In this document: piece after piece, positions 25,696-32,000 of the stretch
Position numbering within the stretch: the first letter of the stretch is position 1
How the letters are laid out: each line of letters begins with the position of its first letter
Source of the DNA: Breznakia sp. PF5-3
Lineage (GTDB): Bacteria; Bacillota_I; Bacilli_A; Erysipelotrichales; Erysipelotrichaceae
Assembly (NCBI RefSeq): GCF_029504745.1
Contig: NZ_JAQFIQ010000013.1
Coordinates: 20,100 to 52,099, forward strand
Reading direction: 5' to 3'
Length of the DNA: 32,000 nt
Program-made: the position numbers and the translations under genes
Notes under the pieces: model-generated
What the model was told of the DNA's origin: nothing
What the model saw: only the letters and a program-made list of their open reading frames with translations
Database searches by the model: none

Positions 25696-26489
25696 AATGC
25701 ATTATATTTATCGTTTGCGATATCTTTATATATACTTTCTTTGCGACTTTCATATAACATCATTGCCCAATAACACCATAAGATATTATGGAATGCTTCC
25801 CATAGCGATAAGGTGTGACGGATAGTGTCATCAAACTCATCAAAGTAAACTTGGTAAAATCGTTCGCGTAATGTAGAGTCAGTAATTTGATTTTCACTGA
25901 TGAAGGACATAACATCAAACAATGCATCATTACTAGCCGCATATTCATAATCAATCAGATAGTCACGATGCTCACCAAATAGAATATTCCCAGATACAAT
26001 ATCATTATGGCATAATACTTGCTTATGTTTTAAGTGTTTTACTTCTTCAAGTATATATTCATAAGGCGCTAAATCAAACAAAGGGTCTTTTACTTTACTC
26101 TTATAATTCATTAGTGTTTTAAGTGGATTGAATTCAAAGGGTGGTGCAGGTTTCTCATGAAGCTTCTTTATTAGCCTTGCACAACGTTCAATTTTATCTT
26201 CATAAGGACATTGTGCGTATTCATATAAATGATCAATGTATTCTGTAATTTTAATTCCTGTATTTGTATCAAAATAAATGGTAGGAACATCTAAATCTCT
26301 TACATCTTTTAATATTATAGCTTCATGTTGGCGGTTAAAATCATGGGTACTATCGCCATAGGGAATTCGTACCACATATTTCATATTATTAACTTGTAAT
26401 AAGTAGTTATGATTTGTGATTCCTTTGTCTAATTTTTCTAAAGTGTAGTTATCGCTTTGAAATATATGTTTAATTATTTTGTTTATCAT
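25671..26489 (-). CDS. Choline/ethanolamine-kinase-family phosphotransferase (LicA-like)
   Basis: LCHNDIVSGNILF (Brenner HxDxxxxN) and LIDYEYAASND (choline-kinase motif) are present. I prefer the ATG at 26489, preceded by AAGGTG, over the TTG at 26522. Confidence 0.65.
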   Translation of the reverse strand: MINKIIKHIFQSDNYTLEKLDKGITNHNYLLQVNNMKYVVRIPYGDSTHDFNRQHEAIILKDVRDLDVPTIYFDTNTGIKITEYIDHLYEYAQCPYEDKIERCARLIKKLHEKPAPPFEFNPLKTLMNYKSKVKDPLFDLAPYEYILEEVKHLKHKQVLCHNDIVSGNILFGEHRDYLIDYEYAASNDALFDVMSFISENQITDSTLRERFYQVYFDEFDDTIRHTLSLWEAFHNILWCYWAMMLYESRKESIYKDIANDKYNALKKMKLEF

Positions 26490-26623
26490 CTGTATCACCT
26501 TTTTATTATGATAGCATATCAAGACATAATTTACATAAGATATTCATTTCCTTTGTATAGTAAATAAGAAAAAATAGTTAGAATCATAAATCTTTGATAC
26601 AATAAAAGACATGGAGGCTTAAT

Positions 26624-28285
26624 ATGAAAGTTTTACTTACTACATTGAATGCAAAATATATACATAAAAATTTAGCGCTAAGGTGGTTGTATGTTTCAAA
26701 ACCAGATTTTCATGATGTGGATATAAAAGAGTATACAATCAAAGAAGATATTCAGCATATAGCAGAAGAATTGCTTTCAAGTACTTATGAAGTGATTGCT
26801 TTTAGTGTGTATATATGGAATATTGAGCCAACTTTAGAAATTATAAAAATAATCAAACAACAATCTAATAAGTGTATTGTTGTAGGTGGTCCAGAAGTGA
26901 GTTATGAATCTTATGATTTAATTAATCAAGGTGTTGATGCGATAAGTCTAGGAGAAGGAGAACAAGCTTTTTGGAAGTATATTACAAATGTAGAAACAGG
27001 AGTGCAAGAAGAAACTGTTGGTATTTATACAAAGGCTTTTCCAAATAAGCAATTTGCTTATGTAGACCTTGAGGATAATGAAAAGTTAGAAAATCCATAT
27101 TTTTTGCCTTTTGATGAAAAGGATATGCAAAATCGATATTTCTATTTTGAAACAAGTAGGGGATGCCCTTATGCTTGTGAATATTGTCTTAGTAGTGCAG
27201 ATAGTAAAGTTCGCCTATATAGTGAAGATTATGTCTTTGGTATTTTAGAAAAAATAGCAAAATCTAAGATTCGAATTGTGAAATTGTTGGATCGTACATT
27301 TAATGTACAGCCTAAACGAGCGTTGAAGATTGCTAGGTTTATGAATGAAAATTGTCCGAATCAGATTTTTCAATTTGAAATTGTTGCGGAAACACTAAGT
27401 GAAGAATTGTTGGATTTCTTTTGTGAGGAAGCGGATAAAGAAAGATTTCGTTTTGAAATAGGGGTACAATCATTTCATGAGCAAACCTTAAAAGCAGTTG
27501 GTAGATTACAAGATAATAAACGTTTACGTGAAGTTATTACAAGGTTACAACAAGCGAAAGTTGTAATGCATGTAGATCTTATCGCAGGATTGCCATATGA
27601 AGGGTTTGATCGATTTAAATATTCTTTTAATGCACTTTATGATTTGCATGTTGATGAAATTCAATTAGGGATTTTAAAGTTATTAAAAGGAACTAAGTTA
27701 AAGCAGAAAAAGGATCTTTATGAATATATATATAATCCTTTACCACCTTATGATATTCTTGAGACAAAGTGGCTTAGTGAAGCAGAACTTGTATTAATAA
27801 ATGAAAGTGCACATGCAGTTGAAAAGTTTTATAATAGTGGAATGTTACGCTATACGGTTGATACTTTATTAGAACTTGAATTTTATGAAGACGCATTCTC
27901 TTTGTTTAATGATTTAGGGAGTGAATTGAAAAAATTAAAGCATCCTTACCAACCGCATCAGATGTTTCAAATTGTGAAAGATTTACTTGTTGATAGGGAT
28001 GGTGAAATTGTAGATGGTTTATTGAATTATGATTATTTTAAAATTTTTAAGCAACGTCCTAAACTCTTTCTTGAAAATAGAACTAGTTTAAAAAAACGGA
28101 AGGAAATCATGGAAATGTTTGTAAAAAAAGATATAATTAAAGAAAATGAAATTTACCATTATGGACATGTAGAAACGATATATTATAAAGAAAAACTTGG
28201 TTATCAATTAATTCTTTACAGCAATAAGCAAACATATCCTCAAAGATGGTTTATAGATGAAGGGAAAATTGAGGTGATAAAATGA
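26624..28285 (+). CDS. B12-binding-domain radical SAM protein (DUF4080-type C-terminus)
   Basis: 553 aa with an N-terminal Rossmann-like B12-binding region, the ETSRGCPYACEYC motif (CX3CX2C) and a long C-terminal extension. Confidence 0.7.
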   Translation: MKVLLTTLNAKYIHKNLALRWLYVSKPDFHDVDIKEYTIKEDIQHIAEELLSSTYEVIAFSVYIWNIEPTLEIIKIIKQQSNKCIVVGGPEVSYESYDLINQGVDAISLGEGEQAFWKYITNVETGVQEETVGIYTKAFPNKQFAYVDLEDNEKLENPYFLPFDEKDMQNRYFYFETSRGCPYACEYCLSSADSKVRLYSEDYVFGILEKIAKSKIRIVKLLDRTFNVQPKRALKIARFMNENCPNQIFQFEIVAETLSEELLDFFCEEADKERFRFEIGVQSFHEQTLKAVGRLQDNKRLREVITRLQQAKVVMHVDLIAGLPYEGFDRFKYSFNALYDLHVDEIQLGILKLLKGTKLKQKKDLYEYIYNPLPPYDILETKWLSEAELVLINESAHAVEKFYNSGMLRYTVDTLLELEFYEDAFSLFNDLGSELKKLKHPYQPHQMFQIVKDLLVDRDGEIVDGLLNYDYFKIFKQRPKLFLENRTSLKKRKEIMEMFVKKDIIKENEIYHYGHVETIYYKEKLGYQLILYSNKQTYPQRWFIDEGKIEVIK

Positions 28286-28863
28286 AAGAAATATTTATAG
28301 CAACTTCAAATCCAGACAAAGTTAGAGAGTTTACACAAATGCTGAAACCACTAGGATATGATGTAAAATCTTTACTTGATCTTGATGAGAAAATAGAGAT
28401 TATTGAAGATGGAAAAACATTTGAAGAAAATGCATATAAAAAAGCAAAAAGTGTATATGATGTTTTACATAAAGAGGTTATTAGTGATGATTCAGGTTTG
28501 TGTGTAAATGCCATGAATGGAAAACCTGGAGTTTATTCAGCACGATTTTTAGGTGAAGATACACCATATCGTGCAAAGAATACATATATATTAGATGAAA
28601 TAAAGGGTGCAAAAGATCGTGGAGCACAGTTTGTTTGCGTCATTTGTCACATCCAAGAAGATGGAAGTTATAAAACGTATCATGGCGTTTGTGAGGGTGA
28701 AATTGCTCTTAAGATTGAAGGAGAACATGGCTTTGGGTATGATCCTATTTTTTACTATCCACCTTTTATGACAACACTTGCGAATGTAAGTGATGAAGAA
28801 AAACATGAGGTATCACATCGTGGGAAAGCTTTAAAATTACTTTTGGAGGATTTAAAGAAATGA
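28282..28863 (+). CDS. rdgB: dITP/XTP pyrophosphatase (RdgB/HAM1 family)
   Basis: IFIATSNPDKVREF, SDDSGLCVNAMNGKPGVYSARF, GFGYDPIF and SHRGKAL are present. An ATGA overlap links it to the upstream gene. Confidence 0.9.
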   Translation: MKEIFIATSNPDKVREFTQMLKPLGYDVKSLLDLDEKIEIIEDGKTFEENAYKKAKSVYDVLHKEVISDDSGLCVNAMNGKPGVYSARFLGEDTPYRAKNTYILDEIKGAKDRGAQFVCVICHIQEDGSYKTYHGVCEGEIALKIEGEHGFGYDPIFYYPPFMTTLANVSDEEKHEVSHRGKALKLLLEDLKK

Positions 28864-29366
28864 TCCATATCGTATTATATGAGCCAGAGATTCCACAAAA
28901 TACAGGGAATATTATGAGGACTTGCCTGGCAATGAATTGTAAGTTACATTTAATTGAACCGCTTGGTTTCTATTTAGATGAGCAACATTTACGTCGTGCG
29001 GGTATGGATTATATAAAAGATGTGGAGTATGTTAAGTATGCTGATTGGGATGCTTTTTTAGAAGCGAATCCGAATGGTGATAAGTATTTTATTTCGCGGT
29101 ATGCGAAAAAGTCACCAGATGAATTTTCTTTTTCTTCCAAACAAGATATTTATTTAGTTTTTGGCAAAGAAAGTACGGGAATTCCCAAAAACATTTTAAA
29201 ATCGTATTTGGATAGTTGTATTCGGTTACCAATGGTGGCAAGTGCTAGGAGCATGAATCTTAGTAATTGTGTTGCAATTATGGCCTATGAGGTGAATAAA
29301 CAGTTAGGTTATCCAGGGCTTGTGAAACATGAAACATTGAAAGGGGAAGATTTTCTGGATCAATAA
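28860..29366 (+). CDS. trmL: tRNA (cytidine/uridine-2'-O-)-methyltransferase TrmL
   Basis: Near-colinear with E. coli TrmL/YibK by eye (IVLYEPEIPQNTGNIMRTC, LRRAGMDY, FGKESTGIP, IRLPM...ARSMNLSN, QLGYPG). Confidence 0.9.
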   Translation: MIHIVLYEPEIPQNTGNIMRTCLAMNCKLHLIEPLGFYLDEQHLRRAGMDYIKDVEYVKYADWDAFLEANPNGDKYFISRYAKKSPDEFSFSSKQDIYLVFGKESTGIPKNILKSYLDSCIRLPMVASARSMNLSNCVAIMAYEVNKQLGYPGLVKHETLKGEDFLDQ

Positions 29367-29383
29367 CATAGAGTAAGGGGGAT

Positions 29384-30073
29384 ATGATGATTGAAGCATT
29401 AAAGAAAGCTTTTCCATTTACTATTCCAGTAATGATTGGGTATGTGTTTTTGGGAATTGCATTTGGGATTCTATTGGAGAAAGCAGGATATAATTTTTTA
29501 TGGGCAATCTTATTAAGTGTCGTAATTTATTCTGGTGCTTTGCAGTTTGTTTGTGTAAGTTTTTTAAGTGGTGGAACAAATATACTTTCGATTATCTTTA
29601 TTAGCATGGTAATGAATTTTCGCCATTGTTTCTATGGGCTGTCAATGTTGGAGAAGTATAAAGAAACGGGAAAGCAAAAACCATATTTGATTTATGCACT
29701 TACTGATGAAACATTTTCATTATTAAATACAGTTGACGTTCCTGAGGATGTTTCGAAGGGATGGTTTTATTTTTTTGTGTCATTATGTAATCAATCCTAT
29801 TGGGTGTTTGGAGCAGCTGTGGGGGGATTGTTATCCTTTTCGTTGAATTTTAATACACAAGGCATTGATTTTTCAATGACAGCATTATTTGTGGTTATGT
29901 TTATTGAACAAATAAAAACCCATCGTACATATGTTATAGGTTTTTTAGGGATTGTATTATCATTTCTGGCATTGCTTCTTGTGGGACGAGACTATTTCAT
30001 TGTTTTAGCATTGTTATTAATTGTAATCACCTTACTTATACAGAAAAAGAAAGTAGGTGTAATTCATGAATGA
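29384..30073 (+). CDS. azlC: Branched-chain amino acid exporter AzlC family
   Basis: 229-aa polytopic protein whose N-terminal pattern (AFPFTIPVMIGYVFLGIAFGIL) is typical of AzlC. It is paired with azlD. Confidence 0.8.
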   Translation: MMIEALKKAFPFTIPVMIGYVFLGIAFGILLEKAGYNFLWAILLSVVIYSGALQFVCVSFLSGGTNILSIIFISMVMNFRHCFYGLSMLEKYKETGKQKPYLIYALTDETFSLLNTVDVPEDVSKGWFYFFVSLCNQSYWVFGAAVGGLLSFSLNFNTQGIDFSMTALFVVMFIEQIKTHRTYVIGFLGIVLSFLALLLVGRDYFIVLALLLIVITLLIQKKKVGVIHE

Positions 30074-30392
30074 TGATGCATTGTTGATTGTATGTATATG
30101 TGGTGTTATTACCCTTTTTAGTAGAATGATTCCCTTCTTAGTGTTTCCAGAAGGAAGAAAGACACCTGCGATAATTCTTTATCTAAGCGATTATCTTCCA
30201 GTCGCTATGATTGGGATGTTGATTATTTATTGTTTAAAAGATGTTGATTTTCTATCTACTTATCATGGTTTTCCTGAATTGTTAGGAATTACAATTGTAG
30301 CAGTATTGCATCTTTGGAAGCGGAATACACTACTTAGTATTGTGGGGGGAACGGTATGTTATATGTTTTTGTTACAAGTTGTTTGCATATAA
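30066..30392 (+). CDS. azlD: Branched-chain amino acid exporter AzlD family
   Basis: 108-aa small hydrophobic protein overlapping azlC by 8 nt. Confidence 0.75.
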   Translation: MNDDALLIVCICGVITLFSRMIPFLVFPEGRKTPAIILYLSDYLPVAMIGMLIIYCLKDVDFLSTYHGFPELLGITIVAVLHLWKRNTLLSIVGGTVCYMFLLQVVCI

Positions 30393-30393
30393 A

Positions 30394-30461
30394 AAGCTAA
30401 TTTGAACCAACACCTTCTTGTTTTTTTACTTTTGAGGGTTAGATTATGAATTAGCTTTTTT
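30394..30461. terminator. Possible bidirectional terminator between azlD and yigZ
   Basis: aagctaatt (30394-30402) pairs with aattagctt (30449-30457), and T runs follow on both strands. However, the loop is 46 nt with only a weak inner hairpin. Confidence 0.35.
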
Positions 30462-30462
30462 A

Positions 30463-31086
30463 TTATTCGTCATTTGGTTTTACATCTATTTCGACAATTT
30501 CTTCTTTTAATCGTTCAAGTGGATATTTGCCATTACTTAATTCTTCAATATCTTTTGAAAAGTCTGTTTCATGGCGTAATGTATAGATAACTTTTTCTTC
30601 ATATATTTTATCTAAAACACTGATATCATTTTGTGCAATATAGTAGTCTAACTTACCAATAAAGGGGTAATCGAAAGATAATTGAAAGCGAAACGTGTTT
30701 ACTTTTTTGGTGACTGTTGTATGTTTTAAGGCTTCGCTAGTACTTTTGGAATACGCTCTAATTAAACCACCAGCACCAAGCTTAATTCCACCAAAATATC
30801 TTACTACAATGGCAATTGTATCGTTCATATGATTTTTTCTTAAACATTCTAAAATAGGAATTCCAGCAGTTCCACTAGGCTCTCCATTATCATTGCTACG
30901 CTGTATTTCATTATGTTCACCAATTAAAAAAGCATAGCAGTGATGTGTAGCATTTGGATGGAGTTTTTTAATTTGTAAAAGATATTCTTTTGCTTCAGCT
31001 TCACTGAAAACACGATTTAAATAGCAAATAAATCGCGATTTATCAATAATTATTTCATGATTGCTTTCATTTTTTACTCGAAACAT
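30463..31086 (-). CDS. yigZ: IMPACT/YigZ family protein (UPF0029)
   Basis: IIDKSRFI, ATHHCYAF and NDNGEPSGTAGIPIL are conserved YigZ motifs. Confidence 0.85.
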   Translation of the reverse strand: MFRVKNESNHEIIIDKSRFICYLNRVFSEAEAKEYLLQIKKLHPNATHHCYAFLIGEHNEIQRSNDNGEPSGTAGIPILECLRKNHMNDTIAIVVRYFGGIKLGAGGLIRAYSKSTSEALKHTTVTKKVNTFRFQLSFDYPFIGKLDYYIAQNDISVLDKIYEEKVIYTLRHETDFSKDIEELSNGKYPLERLKEEIVEIDVKPNDE

Positions 31087-31364
31087 AATATCACCAAGAT
31101 AATTTTATCTGTTTTTTGTTTGATATGCAAATAAAGGATGCTTAAAAAAATGTATTTAAACTGAACCAAATACGAGTAAATGGTAACTTATTATATGAAG
31201 CTATAGATTATTTAAAAAGACAAGAGGTCAGTACTTCTAATTTATATATATTTAAATAAAATTTAATAACTATTTGCGCCTAGGTCGTAGATAGTTTAAA
31301 ATAGAATAGAAGTAATTAACCTGAGTGGCTAAAAATGATTTAAAATATTAAGGAGGAAGACGAA

Positions 31365-31895
31365 ATGGATAACAATTATGAAGGTAATGAAGCAGTAGAG
31401 GCAACGGTTTTTGCAAAGGGCTTAGTGATTGAAGGTGATGTACAAGTTGATTCACCACTTATGGTAAATGGAGTAGTCAATGGAAATATTACTAGCAATA
31501 ATCATGTTGAACTTGATGAAGAAGCTTCTGTGAAAGGGGATATACGTGCAATGCAATTGCATGTGAATTCTGGAAAAGTAGAAGGAGATATTCATACAGA
31601 TGGACAATTATATATTGGAAAAGATACTTATGTAAAAGGTTCTATCATTGCAGGTTCGGTAATTGTTGAAGGGAATATCGATGGAAATATTCAAGTGGAA
31701 GGAAATATAAGATTATTAAATAGTGCGAAAGTTTTAGGTAGTATACATACAGCGGAGATTGAAATTGATAGAGGTGCAAAATTGTCTGGAAATGTACAAA
31801 TCAAAGATGTTGTTGAAGAGCCACACCAAGATATTGAATCAGAACATATACATGTAGATGAAACAACGCCTTATAATCAAGAGAACGGAGAATAA
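31365..31895 (+). CDS. Bactofilin-family cytoskeletal protein
   Basis: It has repeated beta-helix-like G(D/N)(I/V)-x-hydrophobic segments (VIEGDVQV, VNGVVNGNI, VKGDI, VEGDIHT, VEGNIDGNIQVEGNI) and an acidic C-terminal tail. An AGGAGG SD lies upstream. Confidence 0.8.
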   Translation: MDNNYEGNEAVEATVFAKGLVIEGDVQVDSPLMVNGVVNGNITSNNHVELDEEASVKGDIRAMQLHVNSGKVEGDIHTDGQLYIGKDTYVKGSIIAGSVIVEGNIDGNIQVEGNIRLLNSAKVLGSIHTAEIEIDRGAKLSGNVQIKDVVEEPHQDIESEHIHVDETTPYNQENGE

Positions 31896-31910
31896 GAACC
31901 TTATATGATG

Positions 31911-32000
31911 TGAACCCATAAAGTTGGACACGTTATTATTTAAGCGCTTAAACTTGAGGATTGTTCTCTGTATGCTACAGGGGATAATCCTTTTAGTTTG
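31911..32000 (-). mobile_element. IS3-family insertion sequence, terminal part (continues beyond the window)
   Basis: The terminal repeat-like end TGAACCCATAAAGTTGGACACG begins at 31911 (IS3-type TGA... end). It is followed by the 3' end of a transposase gene on the minus strand. Confidence 0.7.
31940..32000 (-). CDS. IS3-family transposase (OrfB) C-terminus, partial
   Basis: The minus-strand translation from the window edge reads KLKGLSPVAYREQSSSLSA*. The LSPV.YR..S ending is characteristic of IS3/IS150-group integrases. The stop codon is the complement of 31940-31942. Confidence 0.7.
   Translation of the reverse strand, partial: KLKGLSPVAYREQSSSLSA

Noticed and set aside
25643-25825. 60-aa + strand ORF downstream of the GntR gene
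   Set aside because: It runs antisense through the 3' end of the kinase gene and through the bidirectional terminator, and it has no SD.
31087-31364. 278-nt AT-rich intergenic region upstream of the bactofilin gene, examined for a riboswitch or small RNA
   Set aside because: I found no convincing conserved-looking helices or terminator. There is only a plausible promoter (TTGCGC-17-TAAAAT near 31274-31302) and tiny ORFs without SDs.
31940-31951. Perfect 12-bp palindrome ttaagcgcttaa
   Set aside because: It lies at the stop codon of the IS3 transposase and inside the element, so it is most simply part of the IS end rather than a host regulatory site.
1-32000. Search for CRISPR arrays, tRNA/rRNA genes, T-box or other riboswitches
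   Set aside because: I saw no regularly spaced direct repeats, no cloverleaf-like segments in the short intergenic regions and no long structured leaders other than the infC leader.

Overview
This is a low-GC Bacillota-type chromosome segment (about one-third G+C by eye), almost fully coding and mostly on the + strand. Order of content:
1. 1-3611: right arm of a siphovirus-like prophage, with tail/baseplate genes, a holin, an M23-like endolysin and a strong terminator.
2. 3669-6376: a three-gene surface-chemistry cluster (class V aminotransferase, LicC/PntC-like nucleotidyltransferase, secreted GDPD-family enzyme) in the classic prophage cargo position.
3. infC-rpmI-rplT, with a sigma-A promoter, an L20-leader-type attenuator and an AUU infC start. 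rplT carries an unusual 77-aa Lys/Ala-rich C-terminal tail.
4. A FabT-like MarR gene, then bioY behind a perfect BirA-type operator.
5. An ~11.2 kb tightly packed lipid operon: acpP-accB-accC-accD-accA-fabH-fabK-(fabK-like)-fabD-fabG-fabF-fabZ-acpS-plsC. FabT-type palindromes lie at its promoter.
6. A MerR/GyrI-like regulator plus an unknown 346-aa protein, birA (minus strand), a YtrA-type GntR/ABC module and a choline-kinase-like gene (minus strand).
7. A B12-radical-SAM gene followed by rdgB, trmL and azlCD, then yigZ (minus strand), a bactofilin gene, and the terminal inverted repeat plus transposase 3' end of an IS3-family element at the right edge.

No tRNA, rRNA or CRISPR array was seen. 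I do not see a convincing wholly new multi-gene system; this is largely core housekeeping DNA. The best leads are:
- the Lys/Ala tail on L20
- the second, Cys4-bearing FabK-like enzyme inside the fab operon
- the aminotransferase/nucleotidyltransferase/GDPD cluster next to the prophage lysis genes
- the 19-bp-spacer dyad promoter driving an uncharacterised Cys/His protein

All product calls rest on motif recognition and gene context by eye; no database search was run.
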